Translations under genes and position numbers: made by a program
Shown: positions 1-9,804 of the stretch, piece by piece
Layout: every line of letters starts with the position of its first letter
Numbering within the stretch: the stretch's first letter is position 1
Notes under the pieces: model-generated
The model's input: only the letters and a program-made list of their open reading frames with translations
Databases searched by the model: none
Told to the model about the DNA's origin: nothing
NCBI GenBank assembly: GCA_947085565.1
Contig: CAMTWZ010000021.1
Span: 6,025-70,024 of the forward strand
Source of the DNA: an uncultured Bacteroidota bacterium
Lineage (GTDB): Bacteria; Bacteroidota; Rhodothermia; Balneolales; HLUCCA01
Reading direction: 5' to 3'
Length of the DNA stretch: 64,000 nt

Positions 1-2
1 GG

Positions 3-365
3 GTGTATGGGAATATCGACGGGCATGACATCCGCCAGGAATTTCCCTTGAAACTGCGCTTCACGCTTGAAGGAGTCGATTTTTTCATGACTCACATCGG
101 CGGAACGCTTGGGCGGTACGCCATTCCGTGCAAGGAGGAACTCATGCGCAATCCGCCGGATGTCTTCATCTGCGGGCATTCCCATATTCTGAAAATCGCC
201 CGGGATGAATCCACACCGAATCGGATGTTGTATCTGAATCCCGGTGCCGCGGGCAGACACGGGTTTCAGGAATTCCGGACCATCGTCCGTTTCGAGGTGT
301 CCAAGGGCAAACTTCATAATATGGAAGTGATCACCCTCGGACCTCGTGCCGCCGACGCTACTTGA
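3..365 (+). CDS. metallophosphoesterase (YfcE/MJ0936-like), C-terminal part; 5' end outside window
   Basis: ORF is open to the window edge. Motifs DVFICGHSHILKIA (GHxH) and LYLNPGAAG are typical of small calcineurin-like phosphodiesterases. Confidence 0.6.
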   Translation: MYGNIDGHDIRQEFPLKLRFTLEGVDFFMTHIGGTLGRYAIPCKEELMRNPPDVFICGHSHILKIARDESTPNRMLYLNPGAAGRHGFQEFRTIVRFEVSKGKLHNMEVITLGPRAADAT

Positions 366-3300
366 TGAGCGTCATTTTCCGCGTGAATGTGCCGGTCGGA
401 GTGGTCATGCGGTAGATGTACAAGCCGCTGGAAAGTCCGGTGGCGTCGAACTCTTCGAAATGGATGCCTGCGGGCATCTGGCGGTCAACCAAGGTGCGTA
501 CCAACTGACCTGATACCGTGTACACATCCATCCTCACATGCGTGTTCTCAGGCAGAGAATAACGGATCTGAGTGGTCGGATTGAACGGATTCGGATAGTT
601 GGCATCAAGAGAAATCTCATCCGGGAGTTCGTTCCCATCTTCGATACTTGTGGTTACCGATCGGTTGATCAGGAAATAGTTCAGACTATAGAGCCAATTC
701 TTCTTATCGGAGTCGGAATCGACTTCGAAACGGAGAATCCGTTTTCCTGCTTCCATCGGAACATTCAACACCGGAAACGCGGTCCAGTTCTGCCAACCGC
801 CCGTGCCACGGACCTGTCTTTTACCGCTCACATCCGCATTGTCAACGAGGATGCGGAAATTGCCGAAGCCGGGAACGGTAGTCATGTAGGGGATGATATC
901 GTACAAACCGGTGTTCGGGACATTGATGGTGTATTCGAGCCATTCACCGGCCACCATCCAGTACACGTCGAATCCGCCATCATTGGCGCCTTCGAGATCC
1001 ACGCCTTCGTTCGGACGGAAGGCCAGGCCGATGTTGTTGGCATCCACATCGTGATAGGCCACGCCTTCGCCGCCATTGTCGTAGCGCTCGGCTTCCAATC
1101 GGCCCGGCACATTGAACGGAGTTCCGGAAAATGGCGTGCCGTTCCCAAGAACGGTGACGGTCATGCGTTCGATGCTGATGAGTCCGGTGGTGTTGGTCAC
1201 GGTCAATGTCACTTGGTAGCTGCCTGGAGTGGTGTACACATGCGTAGGGTCGGGCAGGGCGGAGCTGTTACCGTCTCCGAAATTCCATGCGAAGCTGAGG
1301 GCTTCCTGGTTGGGATCGAAGCTCCGGCTGCCTGAGAAACGGATGGTCATCGGTGCTTTGCCATTGGACTTGTCGGAGACCAGCAGAACCACAGGTGCGT
1401 TCGGATTGGTTGAAATCAGGGTTTGCCAAGCCAATTTCCGTGGTGCGACATTCATCGAAAAGCCGTCGGAATACGTGACTTGAAGGGTTTCACCCGTCGG
1501 ATTGAACGCTACGTACGATTTCTCACCGGCGGCATTGCGGAAAACCGCGTACGTGGGGATCGATGCGGTGACCGTCGTATCCACGCGCCCCATTTTTTTC
1601 AAATTTCCAATCCAATGATAGGTATGAGCCTTGCTTTCACCGTCGAAAATGGGATAATTCGGATTGGCAAGAAAAGAGGAGAGCGCTTGGTCTGGATCGG
1701 CCAAGGCTTGGAATGCCCAAAGCACATCCTGCCAGATATTGGGCGGCCCAGAATTCTCTTTCACGATTTCGGCATAGTTGGCCAGAACGTAATCGGGATG
1801 TCGGCCCAGGTAGAGTGACCCGCCTGTGATCGGTAGGATGTTGATTCCATGGATGAATTCCGGATCCGCACCGAACCAAGTGGAATGGACTCCTTTCCCG
1901 CCCCAGACCATTCCGATGGCCACGTGAGGATAGCTGGCAGGGAAGACGGCGTTGTCCACATCGAACCAGTATTGCTCCACGGCGGTGCGTTCGGTCGAAT
2001 GTAGGAAAATGCCCAGGTCTCGCACTTCTTTCTGTCCGGTGACGGCTCCCCAAAGAACCACGGCTGATGCGAAGTGCATCGACTCGGAGCTGGATTCCTG
2101 GTTGTTTCCATCCCCGAAATCGCCATGTCCGGCGGCCCAGGAATGTCCTGCGTAGGAATCATGTCCGCGAAGGAAAGGGAAACGGGTGTCGCTGCGGTCC
2201 CAATTGTTGGAATCTTTGATGAGCAGGTTCACCATGGCTCCCCAACGCTCCTGTGCGGCCCATTCCTGATCGAATTGGGCGACGATGGCGGCGGCCATCA
2301 CTGCGTAACCGGAGTGGAAGCTGTGATCGTTGATCTGGTCATCGGCGCCATAACCCGATGGGTATCCGGTGAGCACATCCCAAGTGGCATTGTAAATGTA
2401 TTGCTGAGCTCCGCCGGCGGTGAGCCAATCTTCCAGTCGGGTTTTGAGTTTGGCCAGTAGCATGTCGCGTTCGGGAATGGCTCCGAGCTGGTCGGCGATG
2501 TTCACCAAACGGGCGAAACGTCCCATGGCTTTTCCGTTCTCATAACTCGGACCTGTTCCAAGCGGCTCATTGGCCACGGCGCGAACCATGGTCAGAAGAT
2601 CGGCACGGTTATAGGTTCCGAGATCCGGCATTCCGGGCAACACGCCGTCGAATCGCACATCGGTGGTGAACACATTTCCATCAAACACTTTCATCACACC
2701 TCGGGGCGACATATAGGTGTACGAAGTGAGCGGCGATGAGGTGTGAAGCCACTGGTGGCGGTACAATGCAGTAAGCGTGTTCGGAAGATTTCCGTTGATG
2801 TCCTCTTTCAGGGTCACATCATAGGTGAACGTGCTTCTCACATTCGCTGTCGCCTCGTCGTAAGACCATTCCACTCTGGATTCGGTGACAAAAGCGTACG
2901 CCCGTTTGCGGTAAAACTCGAGAGTGGCAGGGGTCGCATCCGGAAGCAGTGCGACAGAGAGGTAATCTTTGCCATTCAATGTTGATTGCAAAGCGGATGT
3001 TCCGGTCCAGACAGATCCGTGAGGCGCGAAAATGCCGTAATGCCGACCTGAAATCGTCATTCCGATCACACCATTCTGATTATGCCAGATCGTGGCAGAG
3101 GAGGAAGGAGTGATGAGGGCGTTTCCGCCGGTGATGTTGAAATACGCGTAGGGCAGGCCGTGACCGAACAAGGCTTTCATCCGCCGGTTTCCATCGATCC
3201 ACAATGCGGTGACGGTCCAATCGCTGTAATCATCGGTGAGGGTACGCGAGGCGTTGAGTCCGACGATACCCACGGTGAGCTGATTGGAGTAAGGATACAG

Positions 3301-3648
3301 GTAATCGTTGGCGGCGAAGACATGGTTGGGGGTGTAGCCCATATGGAGTCCGTTGCCGCGGGCTTTGAACAAAGCCGGATGAGCGTAAAGATTGTTCGAG
3401 TGCTGATCGTTGTAGAAGGTAAAGATCAGGCTGCTCCAAAAGTCGTTCGTCTGAACGGGTTTTGAAAACGTGGACGAAATCTTAGGTACGGCGTTGGCAC
3501 CATTGGCTTGCCGTGGGCCTACAGCCCCGAAGGGCAGCGTGGTTCCGTAACTGCCGCTACCGACAGGTACGGATTGTGAATGCAGCGTTCCGGCCGCGAG
3601 GAAGATGACCATTGAGGCGATCATCCAGGGATGTTGGGTGTGTCTCAT
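358..3648 (-). CDS. secreted GH81-type endo-beta-1,3-glucanase with PKD-like, CBM6-like and T9SS C-terminal sorting domains
   Basis: First ATG at 3648 gives the signal peptide MRHTQHPWMIASMVIFLAAGTLHS (the track ORF starts at a TTG at 3666). GH81-like signatures INDHSFHSGY and GNNQESSSES. PKD-like FAWNFGDGNSSALPDPTHVYTTPGSYQVTLTV. CBM6-like LEAERYDNGGEGVAYHD. C-terminal NYPNPFNPTTQIRYSL...TFTRKMTLIK. Confidence 0.8.
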   Translation of the reverse strand: MRHTQHPWMIASMVIFLAAGTLHSQSVPVGSGSYGTTLPFGAVGPRQANGANAVPKISSTFSKPVQTNDFWSSLIFTFYNDQHSNNLYAHPALFKARGNGLHMGYTPNHVFAANDYLYPYSNQLTVGIVGLNASRTLTDDYSDWTVTALWIDGNRRMKALFGHGLPYAYFNITGGNALITPSSSATIWHNQNGVIGMTISGRHYGIFAPHGSVWTGTSALQSTLNGKDYLSVALLPDATPATLEFYRKRAYAFVTESRVEWSYDEATANVRSTFTYDVTLKEDINGNLPNTLTALYRHQWLHTSSPLTSYTYMSPRGVMKVFDGNVFTTDVRFDGVLPGMPDLGTYNRADLLTMVRAVANEPLGTGPSYENGKAMGRFARLVNIADQLGAIPERDMLLAKLKTRLEDWLTAGGAQQYIYNATWDVLTGYPSGYGADDQINDHSFHSGYAVMAAAIVAQFDQEWAAQERWGAMVNLLIKDSNNWDRSDTRFPFLRGHDSYAGHSWAAGHGDFGDGNNQESSSESMHFASAVVLWGAVTGQKEVRDLGIFLHSTERTAVEQYWFDVDNAVFPASYPHVAIGMVWGGKGVHSTWFGADPEFIHGINILPITGGSLYLGRHPDYVLANYAEIVKENSGPPNIWQDVLWAFQALADPDQALSSFLANPNYPIFDGESKAHTYHWIGNLKKMGRVDTTVTASIPTYAVFRNAAGEKSYVAFNPTGETLQVTYSDGFSMNVAPRKLAWQTLISTNPNAPVVLLVSDKSNGKAPMTIRFSGSRSFDPNQEALSFAWNFGDGNSSALPDPTHVYTTPGSYQVTLTVTNTTGLISIERMTVTVLGNGTPFSGTPFNVPGRLEAERYDNGGEGVAYHDVDANNIGLAFRPNEGVDLEGANDGGFDVYWMVAGEWLEYTINVPNTGLYDIIPYMTTVPGFGNFRILVDNADVSGKRQVRGTGGWQNWTAFPVLNVPMEAGKRILRFEVDSDSDKKNWLYSLNYFLINRSVTTSIEDGNELPDEISLDANYPNPFNPTTQIRYSLPENTHVRMDVYTVSGQLVRTLVDRQMPAGIHFEEFDATGLSSGLYIYRMTTPTGTFTRKMTLIK

Positions 3649-3713
3649 GCACCCAAGATAATGCAAATTGTTTCATAAAAAAGTGCAAAAAATTGCACTG
3701 CAAAATTCCGGAT

Positions 3714-3761
3714 ACAAAAAAAGGGTGGATTCGGCGGGAGGTCACCGCTTTATCCACCCTT
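3714..3761 (-). terminator. rho-independent terminator after the small OMP gene
   Basis: On the minus strand, AAGGGTGGAT (3761-3752) pairs with ATCCACCCTT (3730-3721) and is followed by a T7 run (plus-strand A-run 3716-3722). Confidence 0.6.
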
Positions 3762-3801
3762 CGGCGATCCAAATGCTGTAGAACGTCTCTCTTAACTCCG
3801 T

Positions 3802-4257
3802 TTACAACGTGATTCGAACGCCTGCGTTGATTCCGAGCAAAGCGGCGCCACCGATCAGGTACCGTACCTCGCCGTACGCGCTGCCGAAACCGAGTTTGTA
3901 TTCGGCACCAGCGCCCATGTTCAGAATACCGGTAACGCCACCTAAAGCGGTGTCACCACTGTAAAACAGAGCTGTGGATCCAACGATCGCATAGGCGTTG
4001 ATCATTTCTTTTTGAACGACGAAATAGTGACCGTTTGCAGTGATTTCAAGTACTTTGAATCCATCGGCAACAAAATAAGCGATATCACCACCGCCACGAG
4101 TGTTTTTGTACACATTATCGGTATTGCGATAAAAATTGACTCCAATTCCAATTCCGTCCAATTTTTCAAGACCAGCGCCAAGCGTCCATTGGGCATGGGC
4201 TTCTTTGGCAGGTGCGAGTAAGGCGATTGCGACGACAGCAGCGAAAACAAATTTCAT
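3802..4257 (-). CDS. small outer-membrane beta-barrel protein (porin/OmpW-like), signal peptide
   Basis: Internal ATG gives MKFVFAAVVAIALLAPAKEAHAQ. Alternating Gly/aromatic beta-strand pattern. Ends in ...NAGVRITL. Confidence 0.55.
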   Translation of the reverse strand: MKFVFAAVVAIALLAPAKEAHAQWTLGAGLEKLDGIGIGVNFYRNTDNVYKNTRGGGDIAYFVADGFKVLEITANGHYFVVQKEMINAYAIVGSTALFYSGDTALGGVTGILNMGAGAEYKLGFGSAYGEVRYLIGGAALLGINAGVRITL

Positions 4258-4413
4258 AAAAGACTCCAAATTATTGTGTGAAATGACAAACCGACCAAGC
4301 TGATCAACATAAATCATGCCATGTTAAAAAATCAGCGAATAGCGACGATATACTCGCTTTCTGATTGTCACGGCAGACAGTTCAGCGATGGGGTTGTTTG
4401 GTAATCCCGACGC

Positions 4414-5790
4414 TCAGCTTCGATTGCCAAGCCATTTGAGGACGATCCAAATCAAGGCCAGATATAAGGCCAAGGCGATGCCGATCGAGGCGAATCCGAG
4501 TTGGAGATTCTCGAAATGATTCACGGGCGCGTTGATGAGTACGAGAAGGGGAAAGCCGAGGGCGAGGGCGAGTCCGCTGCCATAGACCAGGTCATGACTC
4601 ACAGGCGATTTGAGCCTGGCGTCTAACACTCTGAGCAGTACCATAGCCGATTGCATGGTGCCTGTCATGTTTCCGAAGATGGCGACCAGTCGCTCAAGTT
4701 GGAAATCCTTGAATCCAGCACGGGTCAATTTGCGGATCACCCACCATGTTCCGGCGGTCACTCCGAGACTCATCAGCAGGATGGGGAGCCAATACGCGGT
4801 GACGACCGCGAAACTGATGGCCGCGACCGAAGCCACCACCATCACATCCATGAAAACGTTCGACAGTCGGGTCATGGTCGTGTCGTCGATCACTTCACCG
4901 GCACGGATGGAATCGATTCCTCTGCGCACTATCATCGCGATGATCGCCGCGATGATGAAGTGGAACGACCATAAGGTGCTGATCTCCTTTTCTCCGCCGC
5001 CCCAGATGAGCATATATGAAATGCCGTGCATTACGATCCATGTCAGCGCATACACCGCTCCGATGAGCCCGAAATGAAGACTGAGCGATTCGATCGCTTC
5101 CGGCGCTGTGGTCAAATAACCGGCGATCGGCTTGTGATTCCCTTTGATGATTCCGGTGCGCAATTCGGGCTCGGAAGTTCGGTCGCTATCGATGTAAGCG
5201 GCCTCTCCACGCCGGATACCGGTCCGAACCATTGCCAAACCGATGGTGTATGCCACGAGGAAGCCGATTGCGGCGAAGGTGAGTCCCACAACACCCCCAT
5301 CCTCAAAGCCAGAGGCTTCCCAATGATGACCGATGGTGTAGGCTATTCCCGGATTCATTCCGAAGGCGAGGGGCATCAGCAAGCCGATTCCAGGGAAAAG
5401 ATCCGGCATGAGGGTGAAAATCAATGCGAAAGCGATCAGAAGTCCGATCAATGCCTGAACCAGATAACTGGTGATGAAGATCAGTCCGAATCGGATGGAT
5501 GTGGACGCGCTGTTTTTTTCAGGCTTGCGAAGACTCAAACCGATGAACAGCAGCGCCAGCAAGTGATATACGTAAGCGCCTAGCCGTTCGGTGGATAGAC
5601 CGATCAGCTCGAGCCCGTTCATGCCGATGATCAATCCGATGACACCAGCGATCAGGTTGTTGGGCAGCAACTGGTCTTGGATCCAAGGAACAAAGCGCCT
5701 GAGCAGGGTGGCGATCACAAGGAGGACTCCGATCCAGGCCATGTCCATCATGACATCGCCCAAGGTGATCTGGAGGTCCCAAGCGCTCAT
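4414..5790 (-). CDS. polytopic membrane transporter, sodium/glutamate symporter (GltS)-like
   Basis: About 12 hydrophobic segments. Loose resemblance to E. coli GltS as I remember it (e.g. AIFGNMTGTMQSAM versus GHCGFGLGATPTAIANMQ). Start MSAWDL chosen because its ATG overlaps the upstream stop (ATGA at 5787-5790). Confidence 0.5.
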   Translation of the reverse strand: MSAWDLQITLGDVMMDMAWIGVLLVIATLLRRFVPWIQDQLLPNNLIAGVIGLIIGMNGLELIGLSTERLGAYVYHLLALLFIGLSLRKPEKNSASTSIRFGLIFITSYLVQALIGLLIAFALIFTLMPDLFPGIGLLMPLAFGMNPGIAYTIGHHWEASGFEDGGVVGLTFAAIGFLVAYTIGLAMVRTGIRRGEAAYIDSDRTSEPELRTGIIKGNHKPIAGYLTTAPEAIESLSLHFGLIGAVYALTWIVMHGISYMLIWGGGEKEISTLWSFHFIIAAIIAMIVRRGIDSIRAGEVIDDTTMTRLSNVFMDVMVVASVAAISFAVVTAYWLPILLMSLGVTAGTWWVIRKLTRAGFKDFQLERLVAIFGNMTGTMQSAMVLLRVLDARLKSPVSHDLVYGSGLALALGFPLLVLINAPVNHFENLQLGFASIGIALALYLALIWIVLKWLGNRS

Positions 5791-6980
5791 ATCGGGGTTT
5801 CGCCTTTCTGAAGCCGTCGAATGTAGATCTGCCAAGCCAAGGCGCTTCCTCCATCCAGATTGATCTGGATGGTGCCGCCTGATGATGGATACAGGCTAAG
5901 CTTATGGTTCTGCTCGATCGACATGTATTTGATGTCGGCCACCGGAACCTGATGTGAATCCCCATCCACAGACCAATTCACATGCTCTTCGGTGAGCGAC
6001 ATATGTCCGTGTGGAAGGGTGATCAGATTGTGCTTCTTATCGAGGGTGTACAATTTGCGGTCATGGGCTTCCAAAAGCGCACCGGTCTTCTTGTCTTTGA
6101 CCATGGGCAGGGTGTTCACCCCATCGAACACATCCAACAAGGAATGCTCGTTATGATGATCATCCACCAATCGCGAACAGGTATTCAACGTGAATTTGAA
6201 ATCGGGGGCGGTGCGGCTGCGGACTTCATGTCCGTCGGGTGAGTACACGGCACCGAGAACGCCGGTGACCGGACATCGGTACAGGAAGCGTTCGATTCCT
6301 GCTGCGGGCTTATAACTGATCACTGGCAGGGTTTCGGCTGGCGGGTTGTATTCCTCGAATCGGATGGCTTCACGAACCGCTTCCGCGAAGGTCTCGAAAT
6401 CCGCGAAATCACTGGTATGGAGGGGTTTCATCCAGCGGACTTCCATCGAATTCATGCGCGGGAAATTCGCCCAGCGCGGCCATGATAGAAACGAACCATG
6501 CAATTGGACCGGATGCACAGGCACATTCATCTTCCAGAAGAGTTTCATGGTCGATTCGATGAGTCCTTTGGGGCGACCATCCCAACGGCGGCCGCCTTCC
6601 GGAAAGATCACGATGCGTCGTTTTTGGTCCACCATTTTCATGACTGAGCGGATCACATGCGGCTCAGGCACATATTTGAGGGTGGGAACGATTCCGACCG
6701 AATCCATCGCCACGGCGGACACGAAATTGTGAAACTGTTCGCGGGTCATCACGCCTGCTGTAGGTTCATCGGAAAGCAACGTATTCAGGAAAAAAGGATC
6801 GCAGTAATTGGAATGGTTTCCGTAAATGAAACAGGCGCCATCTTTGGGCATGTTCTCACGACCGGTGACCCTCATATTGAAAAAAACGCGTGATGCGCCC
6901 ACCAGGAGATGGTGCAGGATCTTGCCTGTGACAGGATTGAAGCCTCGTTCATTCTTCTTGAACCTGAAATCTGAACTCAT
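5787..6980 (-). CDS. PlsC/lysophospholipid acyltransferase family protein with about 200-aa C-terminal extension
   Basis: HX4D box (YGNHSNYCDPF) and VIFPEGGRR motif. Start MSSDFRFKK lies at the ATGA overlap with the upstream gene (6977-6980). The longer track ORF extension runs inside the upstream CDS. Confidence 0.7.
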   Translation of the reverse strand: MSSDFRFKKNERGFNPVTGKILHHLLVGASRVFFNMRVTGRENMPKDGACFIYGNHSNYCDPFFLNTLLSDEPTAGVMTREQFHNFVSAVAMDSVGIVPTLKYVPEPHVIRSVMKMVDQKRRIVIFPEGGRRWDGRPKGLIESTMKLFWKMNVPVHPVQLHGSFLSWPRWANFPRMNSMEVRWMKPLHTSDFADFETFAEAVREAIRFEEYNPPAETLPVISYKPAAGIERFLYRCPVTGVLGAVYSPDGHEVRSRTAPDFKFTLNTCSRLVDDHHNEHSLLDVFDGVNTLPMVKDKKTGALLEAHDRKLYTLDKKHNLITLPHGHMSLTEEHVNWSVDGDSHQVPVADIKYMSIEQNHKLSLYPSSGGTIQINLDGGSALAWQIYIRRLQKGETPI

Positions 6981-8431
6981 AAAGACGATATGACATGATT
7001 TGCCGACAGGATGCAAAGTGGAATTCCTCCACCGGGATGGGTACTCCCACCCACAAGATAGAGACCTTTGACCAATGGTGATGCGTTGCGCGGCCGCAAA
7101 AATGCGGCGAGCCGGTTGTTGGATGAGGTTCCGTAAATACTGCCGCGGTTGGAACGATACCGTTCCTCGAATTCGGCTGGAGTGATCATTTTTTTCACAA
7201 CGATATGCTGGGCGATGGCTCCATCGAGTTTCAGCCGCAATTGCCGGATCAGATGATCGGAATAAGAGCCTTTCAGGGTTTCCCAATCCTGACCCGCCGT
7301 GTATGGCGCATTCACCAGGATGAAGAGGTTGGATCCGCCGGCTGGTGCGTGCTCTTTGTCAATGTAAGAGGTGTTCGCGATGTAGATGGTGGGATCGTCG
7401 GGAAGCTTTTTCCGCTTGAAAATGTCGTCGAATTCCTTTTTGTAATCGTCGGAAAACAGGATGTTGTGATGGGCGAGCTGCGGATAGGTCTTATCGAGAC
7501 CGAGCATGAGCACGAACCCGGAGCAGGAGGGTTCGATGGCGGAAAACGACGCTTTCTTGCGTGGAGTCACCACGGAATCGGACAATAAACGGGTATAGGT
7601 GTCGGTGGAGTCGGAATTGGATACGACGATGTCGAACGTTTCTCCATCCACACCTACGGCAACTCCGTTTTCCACATCGATGCGTTCCACGCTGCGGTTG
7701 AATTCGAAGATCACACCCAGGCTTGAAGCCAAGTTCCGCATAGCTTCCGCGACGCGGTACAGGCCGCCATTCACATAGAATCCGCCTTGCACGAGCTCCA
7801 CATAAGGAATCACGTTGAGCGTGGCAGGAGCGAGGTAAGGCGATGAACCGTTGTATGTGGTGAATCGCTTGAAAAACATGCGCATCTGTTCGCTTTTGAA
7901 CCATGAATCGACGCGGTCGCTCACGGTGGTGAAAGCGTCGATGCGCACCATGTCGAACAGATTCACATTCTTCAGATCCGAAAGCGTGCTGAGCTTGTTG
8001 AACAGAAAGGCATTGGCCGTGCGCTTATACAGTTTTTCGGAATAGCGCAAAAACCCCTCGTATGCGTCGGCATCATCTCCGGCGAAAGTCCTGATCGACG
8101 CCACGGTTTCCTGCACATCGTGGCTGCAATCGAAGACCGTGCCGTCCGGATACAGATACCTGCAGATCGGATGCAATGGCGACAGTTCCAGATAGTCTTC
8201 CAACCTCGCTCCGCAGTCTTCGAACAGTTTCTCCAACACGAAGGGCATGGTAAGCAGCGACGGACCCGTGTCCCAGCGGAAACCCTTCTCCGTGTACTCC
8301 GACATCTTCCCCCCAACGCGGTCGGTACGCTCCAGAACGGTGACCGAATACCCTCTTTTCGCCAGAAGACAGGAAACGGCCAATCCGCCGATTCCCGCTC
8401 CGATCACAACAGCTCGCATAGCGCAACGCAT
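6977..8431 (-). CDS. FAD-dependent oxidoreductase of the phytoene desaturase (CrtI/CrtD) family
   Basis: N-terminal dinucleotide fold MRAVVIGAGIGGLAVSCLLAKRGYSVTVLERTDRVGGK. C-terminal GLYLVGGSTHPGGGIPLCILSA, typical of the CrtI family. An alternative start is the ATG at 8419. Confidence 0.75.
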   Translation of the reverse strand: MRCAMRAVVIGAGIGGLAVSCLLAKRGYSVTVLERTDRVGGKMSEYTEKGFRWDTGPSLLTMPFVLEKLFEDCGARLEDYLELSPLHPICRYLYPDGTVFDCSHDVQETVASIRTFAGDDADAYEGFLRYSEKLYKRTANAFLFNKLSTLSDLKNVNLFDMVRIDAFTTVSDRVDSWFKSEQMRMFFKRFTTYNGSSPYLAPATLNVIPYVELVQGGFYVNGGLYRVAEAMRNLASSLGVIFEFNRSVERIDVENGVAVGVDGETFDIVVSNSDSTDTYTRLLSDSVVTPRKKASFSAIEPSCSGFVLMLGLDKTYPQLAHHNILFSDDYKKEFDDIFKRKKLPDDPTIYIANTSYIDKEHAPAGGSNLFILVNAPYTAGQDWETLKGSYSDHLIRQLRLKLDGAIAQHIVVKKMITPAEFEERYRSNRGSIYGTSSNNRLAAFLRPRNASPLVKGLYLVGGSTHPGGGIPLCILSANHVISSL

Positions 8432-9804
8432 TCGATGTGGTAGGTATGCGGAAACATGTCCACCGGCTGCACTTTCACCGTGCGGTAGGTTCCGTTCATC
8501 AGCGCCAGATCTCGTGCCAAGGTGGAGCTGTTGCAGCTCACATACACGATACGTGGTATGCGCATGTCGATGAGTTTGCGAACCACGTTTTCGTGCATAC
8601 CGGCGCGTGGCGGATCGGTGATCAGCACATCGGGTTTGCCATACCGGGCGATGAGCTCGTCGGAGAAGACGTCTTTCATGTCGCCTTGCTCGAAAAAGAC
8701 ATTGCCCACACCGTTCTCGAGCGCGTTTTTGCGGGCATTGGCTATGGCGGTTTCGTTAAGTTCCACTCCGAGCACGGTGTTCGCCGCGTCGCTCACGAAC
8801 AAGCTGATGGAACCGACGCCGCAATAGAGGTCGTACACGGTGTCGCCCGGCGAGATCTTCGCGAATTCCTTGGCCGTGGCATACAGCCGTTCCGCTTGCG
8901 GGGTGTTGGTCTGGAAAAAAGCGTTGGGCCCAATCCGGTAGGTGTGCGGACCCAGCGTCTCGGTGATGTGTCCCGGCCCGTGAAGCACGTGTTCATACCG
9001 GCCGACCGATGTGGGCGATTGCGTATCGTTCACATTCACAACGAAGGTCGTGATCCGTGGAAACGCCGCCAACATGGCGTCTTTCAATGGAAGCAGGATA
9101 TGTTCATCGTACCCGTAGGTCACCAGATTCACCATGAGGTCGGCGGTGTTCTGACCGTTCCGGATCATGAGATTCCGTAGGAATCCGGTGCGTGTGTGCG
9201 AATTATAAGCGGGAATACGGTTTTGGATCGCATAACTGCGTAGCCATTCGAGCATCTGGAACGATTCGGGAATCTGCAGATGGCATTCGTTCAGATTCAG
9301 GATCTTGTCGTAGCGGCCAGGGATGTGCAAACCCAGCGCCAGCGTGGAATTGTCGATCACGGCGTCGGAAGCCACTTCTTCGTCGGTCAACCAACGCCGC
9401 TCGGAGAAGGTGTATTCCATTTTGTTGCGATAGTGGAACGCGTTCTCACAGGCGATGGTGGGAAGCACCTCCACATCCTTCAAGCCACCGATCCGCACGA
9501 TGTGGTCACGCACTTGATCATGCTTGAAGGCGGTTTGCGCGGGATAATCGACATGTTGCCAGACGCATCCGCCACAGACTCTCGCATGTTGGCAGACCGG
9601 ATTGATGCGATCTGACCCGGGTTCGAGGATGTCGACGAGGGTGGCTTCGGCGAAGCTGGATTTCTTTTTCGTGACACGGGCGGTGATCAGATCTCCGGGA
9701 GCGGTCGCACCGACGAATACCGCCAAGCCGTCCAATTTTCCGATTCCTTTGCCCTCATACGCCGCCGAATCGATGCGAAGAGTTACGAGATCGCCTTTCT
9801 TCAC
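8404..9804 (-). CDS. rlmD: 23S rRNA (uracil-C5)-methyltransferase, RumA/RlmD type (TRAM + 4-Cys cluster + SAM MTase)
   Basis: TRAM-like VTLRIDSAAYEGKGIGK...ITARV. Cys cluster CQHARVCGGCVWQH. SAM motifs DLYCGVGSISLF and DPPRAGM. Start set to the GTG at 9804 (GTGA overlap with the upstream stop). The track ORF runs to 9960 but would overlap the cNMP-binding gene by 157 nt. Confidence 0.7.
   Translation of the reverse strand: MKKGDLVTLRIDSAAYEGKGIGKLDGLAVFVGATAPGDLITARVTKKKSSFAEATLVDILEPGSDRINPVCQHARVCGGCVWQHVDYPAQTAFKHDQVRDHIVRIGGLKDVEVLPTIACENAFHYRNKMEYTFSERRWLTDEEVASDAVIDNSTLALGLHIPGRYDKILNLNECHLQIPESFQMLEWLRSYAIQNRIPAYNSHTRTGFLRNLMIRNGQNTADLMVNLVTYGYDEHILLPLKDAMLAAFPRITTFVVNVNDTQSPTSVGRYEHVLHGPGHITETLGPHTYRIGPNAFFQTNTPQAERLYATAKEFAKISPGDTVYDLYCGVGSISLFVSDAANTVLGVELNETAIANARKNALENGVGNVFFEQGDMKDVFSDELIARYGKPDVLITDPPRAGMHENVVRKLIDMRIPRIVYVSCNSSTLARDLALMNGTYRTVKVQPVDMFPHTYHIECVALCELL

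Noticed and set aside
5787-7286. Long N-terminal extensions of track ORFs (5787-7286, 14451, 15292, 16191, 17108, 26126, 26974, 29904, 33406, 33834, 44120-45367, 63138, 20789-21130)
   Set aside because: The extensions run inside the preceding well-supported CDS or through repeat DNA, and they translate to Arg/His-rich junk. An internal start that coincides with or lies close to the upstream stop gives family-typical N-termini.
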